From Patescibacteria group bacterium (GTDB lineage Bacteria; Patescibacteriota; Patescibacteriia; Patescibacteriales; UBA12465), in the NCBI GenBank assembly GCA_028696995.1, contig JAQVFY010000001.1:18444-82443 (forward strand): a DNA stretch of 64,000 bases, read 5' to 3'. The position numbers and the translations under genes are program-made. Positions within the stretch are counted from its first letter, which is position 1; each line of letters starts with the position of its first letter. Below, in pieces: positions 55,896-64,000 of this stretch. A model generated the notes under the pieces. That model was not told the origin of the DNA. It searched no databases and saw nothing but the letters and a program-made list of their open reading frames with translations.

Positions 55896-56543
55896 ATGGA
55901 ATTCGATAAAAACAAAAATTATTCAATTGCTGAAGCTATTGAACTATGTCAAAAATTAAAAAAGACTAAATTTGACCCTTCAATTGAAGCTCATTTTCGT
56001 TTAGGAATTGACCCTAAAAAAGGAGATCAACAGGTTCGTTCCGCTGTTAGTTTACCTCATGGAACAGGTAAAACTGTTAAAATAGCAGCCTTTGTTTCTC
56101 CAGAAAAAGAAAAGGCCGTAAAAGAAGCTGGCGCTGATTTAGTCGGAGGAGATGATTTAATAGAAGAAATTAAAAAAACAGAGAAAACAGATTTTCAAAT
56201 AGCCATTGCTGATATGGAAATGATGAAAAATTTAGCTAAAATTGCTAAGATTTTAGGTACTAGAGGCCTAATGCCTTCACCTAAGAACGAAACAGTAACC
56301 AATAACCCTGCCAAGGCCGTGGAAGAGCTTAAAAAGGGCAAAATTAGCTTTAAAAACGACGATACTGGCAATGTTCACTCTATAATTGGAAAAGCTAGTT
56401 TTGAGGCTATTAAGCTCGTAGAAAACCTAAATACCCTAATAGAGGCTATTAAAAAAGCTAAGCCAACATCTTCTAAAGGAGTTTATATTAAAAGCTTGAC
56501 CATCAACTCCACTATGGGACCAGGAATAAAAATTTCTCTATAA
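55896..56543 (+). CDS. rplA: 50S ribosomal protein L1
   Basis: 215 aa. DPKKGDQQVRSAVSLPHGTGKTVKIAAF. Confidence 0.95.
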   Translation: MEFDKNKNYSIAEAIELCQKLKKTKFDPSIEAHFRLGIDPKKGDQQVRSAVSLPHGTGKTVKIAAFVSPEKEKAVKEAGADLVGGDDLIEEIKKTEKTDFQIAIADMEMMKNLAKIAKILGTRGLMPSPKNETVTNNPAKAVEELKKGKISFKNDDTGNVHSIIGKASFEAIKLVENLNTLIEAIKKAKPTSSKGVYIKSLTINSTMGPGIKISL

Positions 56544-56564
56544 TCTACCTAAAAAATATAGCTA

Positions 56565-56592
56565 TCAAAAAAGAACTTTCAAGTTCTTTTTT
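56565..56592. terminator. bidirectional intrinsic terminator
   Basis: aaaaaagaactttcaagttctttttt between rplA (+) and uppP (-). Confidence 0.6.
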
Positions 56593-56623
56593 GTTTATTT
56601 AATCTTTATTTTTTTAATTAAGT

Positions 56624-57421
56624 TTAGGTATATAAAAACAAAAAAATAATCACTCCTAAAATAATTCTATACCAAGCAAAAACTCTAAAATCATTTTTCT
56701 TAATAAATTTTAATAAAAATTTAATACTAAACCAAGCAACTATAAAGGACACGATAAATCCAATTATTAAAAAAATTAAATCGTTAAAACTAAAATTAAA
56801 ACCAGTTTTAATCAAGTCCAAGGAAGAAGCTGCCAGCATTGTTGGAATAGCTAATAAAAAAGAAAATTCTACTATTGCCAAACGAGAGATACCCATAGAT
56901 AATCCTCCTAAAATAGTAGCAGCGGAACGAGAAACCCCTGGAATCATAGCTAAAGCTTGAAATATACCAATAAAAAAACATTGCTGATAAGAAATATCTT
57001 TAATATCTTTAATATCGACAACATCAGTTGCCTCCCCCATCTTTCTGATATACCTCTTTTCTAAAAATAACATTATAACACCACCTAAAAACAAGGCTAA
57101 GGCAATAATATCCAAGCTTTCTTGTAAAAAATTTTTTACTATTTTATAAAAAAGCAATCCTAAAATAGCGGTGGGAATAAAGGCTATTATTATTTTCTTA
57201 ATATTTTCCCAGCTTGACCAGATTTTTTTCCAATACAAAATAATTACTGCCAAAATAGAGGCAAATTGAATAATAATGATAAAGCTCTTTATGAATTCGG
57301 AAAAATCTAGTTTTAATAAATTAACACTCAAAATTAAATGAGCGGTTGATGAAATGGGGAGAAATTCAGTGAAACCCTGAACAATTCCTAGTATAATGCT
57401 TTTTAGAAAATATATAATCAT
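56624..57421 (-). CDS. uppP: undecaprenyl-diphosphatase
   Basis: 265 aa. GIVQGFTEFLPISSTAHLIL and a polytopic fold. Confidence 0.9.
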   Translation of the reverse strand: MIIYFLKSIILGIVQGFTEFLPISSTAHLILSVNLLKLDFSEFIKSFIIIIQFASILAVIILYWKKIWSSWENIKKIIIAFIPTAILGLLFYKIVKNFLQESLDIIALALFLGGVIMLFLEKRYIRKMGEATDVVDIKDIKDISYQQCFFIGIFQALAMIPGVSRSAATILGGLSMGISRLAIVEFSFLLAIPTMLAASSLDLIKTGFNFSFNDLIFLIIGFIVSFIVAWFSIKFLLKFIKKNDFRVFAWYRIILGVIIFLFLYT

Positions 57422-57491
57422 GGATTTGGAGTAATTTTAAAATTATTTTTAAATCGTCTGTATTACTTTTTATACGATCGCGACTAGCAAA

Positions 57492-58580
57492 CTAATCTTG
57501 AAGGCAACGAACCGGGAAACCGTAAGCCTGACTGCCACTGCTAACGTAAACTCCAACACTATTATAACTGAGGCCACGGTACCAAGCATTAGGATTATTG
57601 ACTGAAGATGACCAAAAGTAAACGTCATTAGCAACATCACTAAAAGAGCCAACAGTATTGCGGTAGCCGGCTGGTAAAGCTGTAAACCCAGATTCATTGG
57701 TAGCTCCGGTGTTAGGAGATGTCCAAAGAGTAGTTCCTGTTTGCTTCATTTTTCCTCCGGCCACTGTTGTTCCTCCTAGATAAGTAGTTAATATGGTCCA
57801 TTCAGCATCAGTTGGCACATGCCAATCAGTCGGACAAATATTTACTTGATCAACGGCAAAGAAGTTATATAATACTCCGTAAGTAGTATAATTATCTTGA
57901 GCCTTAGCTGTAGGAACATCGCTACCATCATAGCCATAAACTCCATAACCAGGTAGAGAACTTCCTCCTTGAGTATAAAATTGAGAATTACTATGAACGG
58001 ATGGTAAATAGGCTAGATTCTCCGCCATCCAACATTGAGTATCAATTTCAACTGTAGTATAAACATTAGAATCTCTAGAATCGGTTAAATTATCTCCACA
58101 GGCCCAAGGAACAGGTGGAGTAGTAGCAACTATACCACTAGGACTAGCTAATTTTAATCCCTCGTTTAATCCACCAACTCCTGAACCAGTACAGAATTCT
58201 ATAGTATAAGTTATTCCGTCTGATGAGGTATAGGTATATTCATTCTCTTCATCACTACAATCACCATCGGCTGGAGTGGGTGCTGTTGGGATTATAGCCA
58301 TATAGGTATTTGATCCTGTGGCAATAGATTCGTCTATTTCTCCAGTTAATGGGTAAGATCCAATATCGTTATAATATAGTTCTAGAGCTGTTTGTATTTG
58401 TTTAACATCGGCCATTCTTTTGGCATCCCTAGCATTTTTTCTGGCATTTTGTAGAGCAACTACAGCTAGAGTGGCAAGTATTCCGATAATTGCTATTACG
58501 ACTAATAACTCAATTAAAGTAAAACCTTTTTTTCTTGATTTTATAATATTCATCATTTTTTTAAGAAGTTTTGACGACAA
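57492..58580 (-). CDS. type IV pilin-like protein (class III signal peptide, large C-terminal domain with Cys pairs)
   Basis: Prepilin motif KKGFTLIELLVVIAIIGILATLAVVAL. Real start probably the internal Met about 8-9 codons in (MNIIKSRKKG|FTLIE). 3' half more GC-rich. Confidence 0.8.
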   Translation of the reverse strand: MSSKLLKKMMNIIKSRKKGFTLIELLVVIAIIGILATLAVVALQNARKNARDAKRMADVKQIQTALELYYNDIGSYPLTGEIDESIATGSNTYMAIIPTAPTPADGDCSDEENEYTYTSSDGITYTIEFCTGSGVGGLNEGLKLASPSGIVATTPPVPWACGDNLTDSRDSNVYTTVEIDTQCWMAENLAYLPSVHSNSQFYTQGGSSLPGYGVYGYDGSDVPTAKAQDNYTTYGVLYNFFAVDQVNICPTDWHVPTDAEWTILTTYLGGTTVAGGKMKQTGTTLWTSPNTGATNESGFTALPAGYRNTVGSFSDVANDVYFWSSSVNNPNAWYRGLSYNSVGVYVSSGSQAYGFPVRCLQD

Positions 58581-58601
58581 AGCTTTCTAAAATTAAAAGT
58601 T

Positions 58602-61121
58602 TCATAAACTCCGATTGGAAATTTCTTGCATAATAATATTCCTATCCTGCCCATACTTATATCTACTAAGCTGTCTAATATTCTGCGCCATTCCTTCCCG
58701 ATAATTCCCCATCAGAGGCCAAACAGTCTGTAAGGAAAAAGGTCGAACACCTTGTCCATCTACCAACAATTTAGCAAAACCACCTCGACCAACATTAACT
58801 AAATCATACTCATTAAAAACCGGACCAAACTCTTTAACCAAAAACTCAGCATCTTCTGAACCAACACGAAAACTAACCATAGTACCAACGTTACCAAAAA
58901 CCGCATCCTTAATTTGAGTATCTTGATTTTTACTAAGCTGACCAATATATTGATGAGCAATATTTAAACATAAAGAATATTTTCGAGCCTCAGATAAAAT
59001 CTGACAAATAGAATTAGTAGTAAAATTCTGAAACTCATCAATATATAAATAAAAATCTTTTCTCTGCTCCTGCGGAATATCAGTTCGAGACAGGGCCGAC
59101 ATCAAAATTTTTCCAACAATAATCATGCCCAATAAATAAGCATTCATTTCTCCGATAGATCCTTTAGGTAAATCCACCATAATAATTTTTTGATTATCCA
59201 TTAAATCCCTAAAATTAAAAGCACTCTTTTGCTGACCAATAATCGGCATCATCATATCATTAGATATAAAGGGAGTTAATTTAGAGGTAATATAAGGGAC
59301 CATGTTAGCTAGAGCAGCCTCCCCTCCAGCCTTCTCAGCTTCTTTTTGCCAGAAATCAACCACCGTTTTGTTTTTGCATAAACTTAATTTCATGCGACGA
59401 AAATCTTCATCAGCTAAAACCTTGGAAACCTCCATTAAAGTTGAACCAGTCTCAGGACTATCCATAATCAACAACAAGGCATTGCGCATGTATTGCTCAA
59501 ACATTGGACCACCGGTTGCTTTAAGATCATATAATTTATCAAAAATTCCAATCATCTCATTGATGACGAAAGTTTTTTGTTCCGGATAACGCGGATCATA
59601 TTCCAATAAATTCAAACCAATAGGTCTCTTAATATCTGAGGGAGAAAAAACAATCACATCCTCAGCTCTTTCTGGAGGAATACGATTTAAAATATCTTCT
59701 ATTAAATCACCATTAGGATCCATTACACAAACCCCATGACCATTTTCAATATCCTGGATAGCCATATTATTCAAAAGAACAGATTTACCAGTACCAGATT
59801 TACCAACAATATACATATGACGACGCCTATCAACTGATTTAATTCTAATATCCATTTTTATCCCTCTAAAAACATTATATCCTAATAAAATACCTTCCTT
59901 AGGTACATTATTAGGGGCTGGAGCAGTCTTAGAGGTTAACCAATCAATATTGGGAGTCTCAGTATGAGGTAAGGGCAAATGATACATACTAACCAACTCT
60001 TGAGTATTTAAAAGAAAATCTTGCCCTTCAATAAAACGACGATAAATAAAATTTTCTATGATCTTAGATTGATTTTTTTTAATAACTTTTCTAAAAGAAT
60101 TTCCGTATTGATAATAATTATATTCACTAAAAGCGCTACAAATATTGTCAAAATATATTTTAGTTTTATTCGGATCCTTAGAACTAGTAATAACGCGTAA
60201 ATTAACTTCTAGGCCGGACTTAGAATTCTTCTCCTCCATTTTTTTCAACATCTCTCTCTCCTTCTCAGTCAGCTCCTTAGAATTTTGTTTATTAGGGTCA
60301 TCTTTGCTGTCCGATTTTCCCATATTAAAAATTCCTAAAATAATATCATAAATAATAAAATTAATGGTATTAAAGAAAACTGAGCTACTGACCCTAAATA
60401 TTGCGCTAACATCTTTATCTTTATAAGCATTTAAAACCGCTTTTTTTAACTTCGCATGCCAAATCTTTTTAGCACTACGAACTACATATTGTACAGCAAT
60501 ACTTTCGTCACTTTCCAGTTTAGACATAACATTAATAATAGAATTCATCGGATCATACTCCATGTCGGTATAATCTAAAAATGGAAAGATAAAAGAACGC
60601 TTGGCTTTAAAATATCCAGCCATTACCGTTCCTTGAGAACTAAAAGCATTATAATCTTCTACGGCTTCAATTGAGGCCTCAGGATAATAGGCATGAATTT
60701 GTTGTTCCAAATACAAAGCCTTTTCTGATGGAGCGCTAACATAAAAAGAAATTTTGCTTTTATGTGCTACGATTTCAAAAGAAAAATTATCAGTTCGACC
60801 AAAAAACCAAGCTCGCAATCCCCTTTGAGCTCTCATTCCACCAATACTAGAAAAAATAGTTTCACCCTGAGCAATCTCCTCTCTTAATTGTTGAATATTA
60901 AAATCCTTATCTTTATCTTTAGGTTTTTCTTTAGGCAATTTAACTAAAAAAATAACATTATTGCCACTCTTATCACGAACCGAAAAATATTTAAAAAAAT
61001 AACGAATAATAAATATTAATACCAATAAAAAAAGAGCAAAGATAATCCAATATAAATAATTTATATTATTTTGAACTGCAAGCTCTCCACTGGATACAAA
61101 TTGAGTTCCTAGATCGTTCAT
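58602..61121 (-). CDS. VirB4/TrbE-like (DUF87/AAA_10) membrane-associated secretion ATPase
   Basis: 839 aa. N-terminal TM; Walker A YIVGKSGTGKSVLL; Walker B region DFYLYIDEFQNF. Confidence 0.65.
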   Translation of the reverse strand: MNDLGTQFVSSGELAVQNNINYLYWIIFALFLLVLIFIIRYFFKYFSVRDKSGNNVIFLVKLPKEKPKDKDKDFNIQQLREEIAQGETIFSSIGGMRAQRGLRAWFFGRTDNFSFEIVAHKSKISFYVSAPSEKALYLEQQIHAYYPEASIEAVEDYNAFSSQGTVMAGYFKAKRSFIFPFLDYTDMEYDPMNSIINVMSKLESDESIAVQYVVRSAKKIWHAKLKKAVLNAYKDKDVSAIFRVSSSVFFNTINFIIYDIILGIFNMGKSDSKDDPNKQNSKELTEKEREMLKKMEEKNSKSGLEVNLRVITSSKDPNKTKIYFDNICSAFSEYNYYQYGNSFRKVIKKNQSKIIENFIYRRFIEGQDFLLNTQELVSMYHLPLPHTETPNIDWLTSKTAPAPNNVPKEGILLGYNVFRGIKMDIRIKSVDRRRHMYIVGKSGTGKSVLLNNMAIQDIENGHGVCVMDPNGDLIEDILNRIPPERAEDVIVFSPSDIKRPIGLNLLEYDPRYPEQKTFVINEMIGIFDKLYDLKATGGPMFEQYMRNALLLIMDSPETGSTLMEVSKVLADEDFRRMKLSLCKNKTVVDFWQKEAEKAGGEAALANMVPYITSKLTPFISNDMMMPIIGQQKSAFNFRDLMDNQKIIMVDLPKGSIGEMNAYLLGMIIVGKILMSALSRTDIPQEQRKDFYLYIDEFQNFTTNSICQILSEARKYSLCLNIAHQYIGQLSKNQDTQIKDAVFGNVGTMVSFRVGSEDAEFLVKEFGPVFNEYDLVNVGRGGFAKLLVDGQGVRPFSLQTVWPLMGNYREGMAQNIRQLSRYKYGQDRNIIMQEISNRSL

Positions 61122-61124
61122 AAA

Positions 61125-61634
61125 TTATTTTTTTAATTTTATTATTTTATCAGCTTTTATTTTAGCTTCTTGCTCTAAAAAATGAGAATTAACTTTAGGA
61201 ATAATTTTTAACCACATTTTAATAAGATTGATAATTTTTTTAATTTTTACCTTAGCTTGAGTTAATAATTCATTTATTTTTAAAACTGTTCGCTCTCCCT
61301 CTTCTCTAAATTTTTTCTGCTCGATCGGAGTCAAGCTTAAAAAAATTTCATCCAAACCCTCAGATAAAATTTGATCTATTTGTTTTTGTCTTTCTAAATC
61401 AGGACTGGTAATAGAAACTGCCGGTTTTTTATTTGAGGCGATCATCGCTTCACCTGTTTTTTCTAAAACCTTTTTTTCTTCTCCACTTTTTTCTGTACCA
61501 CTTCCCTCTTTTTCTACTAAAACTTCTTTAATTTGATCACTTTTTTCAATATCAAGACCAGGCTTCTCTATTGAGGAAGATAAATCATTTTCAATCTTTT
61601 CTTGTTCAAAACTCTTATTTAAATCTTGTGCCAT
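61125..61634 (-). CDS. hypothetical acidic/lysine-rich protein
   Basis: 169 aa. 3-nt gap to the VirB4-like gene and 5-nt gap to the ferredoxin gene: operon context. Confidence 0.5.
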   Translation of the reverse strand: MAQDLNKSFEQEKIENDLSSSIEKPGLDIEKSDQIKEVLVEKEGSGTEKSGEEKKVLEKTGEAMIASNKKPAVSITSPDLERQKQIDQILSEGLDEIFLSLTPIEQKKFREEGERTVLKINELLTQAKVKIKKIINLIKMWLKIIPKVNSHFLEQEAKIKADKIIKLKK

Positions 61635-61639
61635 ATTAT

Positions 61640-61840
61640 TTAATCTATTTTAATAGCTTCAACTGGACAACTATTGGAAGCATTGCGAGCGCAATCAACA
61701 TCTTGCTGACTGATGACTTCTGATTTTCCAGTTGAATTTATTTTAAAAACCTTGGGGCACATATTTACACACATCCCACAACCAATACATTTGTTTTGAT
61801 CAACTTTAATTGACATAAAAATATAAAAACTTATCAGCAA
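61640..61840 (-). CDS. small single-cluster ferredoxin ([3Fe-4S]/[4Fe-4S])
   Basis: 66 aa. CIGCGMCVNMCP ... CP motif. Confidence 0.8.
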   Translation of the reverse strand: MLISFYIFMSIKVDQNKCIGCGMCVNMCPKVFKINSTGKSEVISQQDVDCARNASNSCPVEAIKID

Positions 61841-61906
61841 TAATATTGCCTATAAATTTAATAATAATTAATAAATATAATTAAATTATAATACATTTTA
61901 TTAGGT

Positions 61907-61935
61907 TTGACAAGGAAGTATAACTTTGTTATATT
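61907..61935 (+). promoter_or_regulatory. candidate promoter for rpmA (TTGACA, 17 nt, TATATT)
   Basis: ttgacaaggaagtataactttgttatatt. Its -35 context TGACAAGGAAG is identical to part of the repeat element at 63629-63640. Confidence 0.4.
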
Positions 61936-62011
61936 ATACTAGTATAAAAATATAAATAATCTGCCTGCTTTCATTATTAATTCATAAAACGACAGTCAGG
62001 CACACAAAAAT

Positions 62012-62290
62012 ATGGCCCATAAAAAAGCCGGTGGATCAACCACGCTGGGACGTGATTCCCATAGTAAACGCTTAGGTGTGAAATTATCTGACGGACAAAC
62101 AGCTAAAACTGGATCTATCATCATCCGTCAACGTGGAACCAAATACCACCCAGGAGAAAATGTTAAAAAAGGTAAAGATGATACTCTATTTGCTACTACC
62201 AAAGGAGTTGTTAAATTTAAGACAAAAAAACTTTTAAAGTTTGATGGAAAATTACTTAAAAACAAAATTGTCAATGTAGTTAAAAATTAA
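62012..62290 (+). CDS. rpmA: 50S ribosomal protein L27
   Basis: 92 aa. [24 protein letters not shown]. Confidence 0.95.
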   Translation: MAHKKAGGSTTLGRDSHSKRLGVKLSDGQTAKTGSIIIRQRGTKYHPGENVKKGKDDTLFATTKGVVKFKTKKLLKFDGKLLKNKIVNVVKN

Positions 62291-62370
62291 TTTTCCTAAA
62301 TTATTTTTATTAAATATTGTGCTATAAAAAATTGGATTTCGTGATCCAGTTTTTTTATTTCAAAAATTAG

Positions 62371-62433
62371 ATTCCAGCCTTCGCTGGAAAGACAAGGTAA
62401 AAAAGCAACTGGAAAGACAAGGTAAAAAAGCAA
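62371..62433 (+). repeat. composite element copy 2: hairpin TTCCAGC-CTTC-GCTGGAA, then AGACAAGG, then a tandem 25-nt unit CTGGAAAGACAAGGTAAAAAAGCAA x2
   Basis: 62370-62389 is 26 of 28 identical to 63609-63629. Confidence 0.7.
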
Positions 62434-62490
62434 AAAGAAAAAACCCTCAACTTAGCTTTGTGCTTTTGTTGAGGGTTGGGTTGGTGTTTT
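62432..62490. terminator. bidirectional terminator-like hairpin (AACCCTCAAC/GTTGAGGGTT)
   Basis: aaaaaaccctcaacttagctttgtgcttttgttgagggttgggttggtgttttttt. On the minus strand it is followed directly by a T-run, terminating the OMP-like gene. Confidence 0.5.
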
Positions 62491-62502
62491 TTTGGGGGTG
62501 GG

Positions 62503-63300
62503 CTACCAAGCCCGAGCTTTCCCACTGAGACAACTTCCGTTGTCTCGAGTGAAGAGTCCCGCCACGTTGAGCGAGACATAGAACCCCTCGGTCCCTAGGT
62601 TTACCTCGTTAAAGTAACCCAGGGATAAAACATTTTGACACACCAGATGGGAGGCCACCAAACCTCCAATCCTGATGCTGTGGTTACTATTGTCCAAGCC
62701 GTATCCCACCGTCGGTGAGATAAACAGCCTGTCAGAGACATCTTGGCGATAAATCGCCAAGTCAGCTGAGACCCGAAGAGGATCACGCTGTCTCTGAAAG
62801 GCGTAGGCCCTGGTGAAGCCCAACTCGACCGAAGCATAAAACTTCGGGCAAAATTTGACTTCGTCTTGGAAAAGAACGAGTGCTGTTGGGATTGAAAATC
62901 CCTTTAATTCTTCCCCTCCCGGAACCGAGGTTCCGAAAAGGTCCATATTGCGGGAGTTCCCAAATTTTTTCAGGAATCCCACACGGACCTCTGATTTTTT
63001 ACCAATGACCATGCGAAGAACGAATCCCCCATTCATCATGGTCTTCTCGGTAAAGATCCCTGACGAGCCCAGCACGTTGCTGGTAGAATAGCCGGCGCGA
63101 ATGCCGAACCATCCTTGGCCCAGCCAAAACTCTCCAAGGAAGTCGTTAGTGTTGGAGTTCCCCTGAATTGGGGTTTCGGAAAAATTGAATTTTCCGGAAT
63201 ACTCCAATCTTCCGGCTTCACCGAAATCTTGAGCGAAAGTGGTTGTGTTTAAGGCGATCAGAATCAGGGCGATCAAGGTCAGAGCGATTGCTTTTTTCAT
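62503..63300 (-). CDS. GC-rich outer-membrane beta-barrel-like protein (signal peptide, amphipathic beta pattern, C-terminal aromatic residue)
   Basis: 265 aa. Signal MKKAIALTLIALILIALNTTTFAQ. Alternating hydrophobic pattern (YASVELGF, LFISPTVGYGL, FYVSLNVAGLF). Ends in W. About 50-55% GC. Confidence 0.55.
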   Translation of the reverse strand: MKKAIALTLIALILIALNTTTFAQDFGEAGRLEYSGKFNFSETPIQGNSNTNDFLGEFWLGQGWFGIRAGYSTSNVLGSSGIFTEKTMMNGGFVLRMVIGKKSEVRVGFLKKFGNSRNMDLFGTSVPGGEELKGFSIPTALVLFQDEVKFCPKFYASVELGFTRAYAFQRQRDPLRVSADLAIYRQDVSDRLFISPTVGYGLDNSNHSIRIGGLVASHLVCQNVLSLGYFNEVNLGTEGFYVSLNVAGLFTRDNGSCLSGKARAW

Positions 63301-63514
63301 TGTAATTTGATTTTGTTGGTATTTAAAAACCTTTTTAATATCTTCCTAAAAAAGCTTTTAAATACCAACCAAATTTGTCAAAGAACTAAACTTTCAATAG
63401 CTATATTATAGCACAAAAGATAAAAAATGTCAATAGATATAATAAAAACCCTTAAAAATAAGGGTTTAATCACCATTTTAAGCTCTTTTTGTATAGCTAA
63501 ATAGATAATTTTTT

Positions 63515-63545
63515 CTTGTCACTCCAGCTTGTCACGTTTTACGTG
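63515..63545 (-). repeat. composite element copy in inverted orientation: CACGT-AAA-ACGTG hairpin, then TGACAAG, CTGGAG, TGACAAG
   Basis: The reverse complement cacgtaaaacgtgacaagctggagtgacaag parallels gaatgacaaggaagctggaatgacaaaag at 63627-63655. Confidence 0.55.
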
Positions 63546-63608
63546 GCGCAGGCCGAGGTCCACAAAAAGGTAAATAAAAAACCCCATCGCTTAGTGCTAA
63601 ATGGGGTT

Positions 63609-63655
63609 AAATTCCAGCCTTCGCTGGAATGACAAGGAAGCTGGAATGACAAAAG
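63609..63655 (+). repeat. composite element copy 3: hairpin TTCCAGC-CTTC-GCTGGAA, then TGACAAGG, AAG, CTGGAATGACAAAAG
   Basis: Direct sequence match to copy 2. Confidence 0.7.
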
Positions 63656-63657
63656 TA

Positions 63658-64000
63658 TCAGAAGGCCGAGAAAAACCCGGCTAAGTTCAAAGTCACGAAG
63701 AATCCTTCGACACCTGTTCTTTGGGTGTCAAAGAAGTATCCAAAACGAACCACATCAGTTCTGATGAGATTCGAGGACACTGTTCCTCCGACTTTGAATA
63801 CTGGTTCTAGACGGGTCATCTGCCCTACTTCCACCCCCACCAAAGGTGAGAAATGAAATTCGGGCATAAAATGCCAGGTGTACAAAGACAGGTCGGCTGA
63901 AGCATAAAAATACTGCTTCATGCTGAAAACCTGGTCATCCCGAAACCAGTTGCTAATTCCATGGCCCGGTCCGAACTGGAAGTTCTGCTCGGCCGACAGG
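63658..64000 (-). CDS. paralogous OM beta-barrel-like protein, C-terminal part (gene runs off the window end)
   Basis: C-terminus ...VEGFFVTLNLAGFFSAF parallels ...TEGFYVSLNVAGLF of the 62503-63300 protein. The ORF stays open to position 64000. Confidence 0.5.
   Translation of the reverse strand, partial: LSAEQNFQFGPGHGISNWFRDDQVFSMKQYFYASADLSLYTWHFMPEFHFSPLVGVEVGQMTRLEPVFKVGGTVSSNLIRTDVVRFGYFFDTQRTGVEGFFVTLNLAGFFSAF

Noticed and set aside
57470-57697. 75-aa hydrophobic ORF overlapping the pilin gene 3' end
   Set aside because: Out-of-frame overlap with the well-supported pilin gene; likely spurious.
62367-63221. Small ORFs (62367-62579, 62601-62837, 62855-63091, 63036-63221) in the GC-rich tail
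   Set aside because: High GC inflates random ORFs. All overlap the better-supported OMP-like gene or the repeat element.
1-64000. CRISPR array, transposase/IS element, rRNA
   Set aside because: No regularly spaced direct repeats with unique spacers, no transposase-like ORF, and no rRNA-like conserved stretches were seen.
1-64000. Alternative genetic code (UGA recoding, as in some CPR)
   Set aside because: Long housekeeping ORFs are uninterrupted under the standard code in the supplied ORF track, so the standard code is assumed.

Overview
Low-GC, compact bacterial window with hallmarks of Candidate Phyla Radiation/Patescibacteria: small SecE, short LeuS, a type IV pilin with a GFTLIELLVVIAIIGIL N-terminus, a VirB4-like ATPase, and little spacing between housekeeping genes. 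Most genes are housekeeping: tRNA-Gln, leuS, serS, gltX, metG, dnaX, secE-nusG-rplK-rplA, rpmA, rnhB, pyrG, rsmI, tsaC, ctpA, uppP, alr, corA, xerC/D. Embedded at visibly higher GC (judged by eye at ~45-50% against ~28-33% background; not computed) are near-complete de novo pyrimidine genes (pyrD, pyrC, a pyrF-pyrE fusion) and purine genes (purN, large single-chain purL, a truncated purE-like gene, purC, purM, purA). Other GC-rich islands are a hypothetical gene at 34850-35671, a lipoprotein gene at 44882-45391, and two paralogous outer-membrane-barrel-like genes at 62503-64000. The most interesting items are listed below. (1) A family of short composite intergenic repeats (hairpin, then GACAAGG, then a second GGAAnnACAAGG copy, plus CACGT(G) hairpins) at five or more sites; one pair forms inverted repeats around the GC-rich lipoprotein gene, like a miniature cassette. 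(2) A 171-bp near-perfect in-frame tandem duplication inside purM. (3) A UvrD-family helicase with a DEDD (DnaQ-like) exonuclease inserted between helicase motifs IV and V. (4) A TagA/WecG glycosyltransferase fused to a Nudix hydrolase. (5) An OMP decarboxylase fused to OPRTase in that order. (6) A gene split by a frameshift at an A10 tract. (7) A 650-bp ORF-free AT-rich tract just upstream of the tyrosine recombinase. (8) An extra ORF between rplK and rplA. (9) A ferredoxin/hypothetical/VirB4-like/pilin operon. No CRISPR array, rRNA, or transposase was seen. All calls come from reading the sequence and ORF track; no searches were run.
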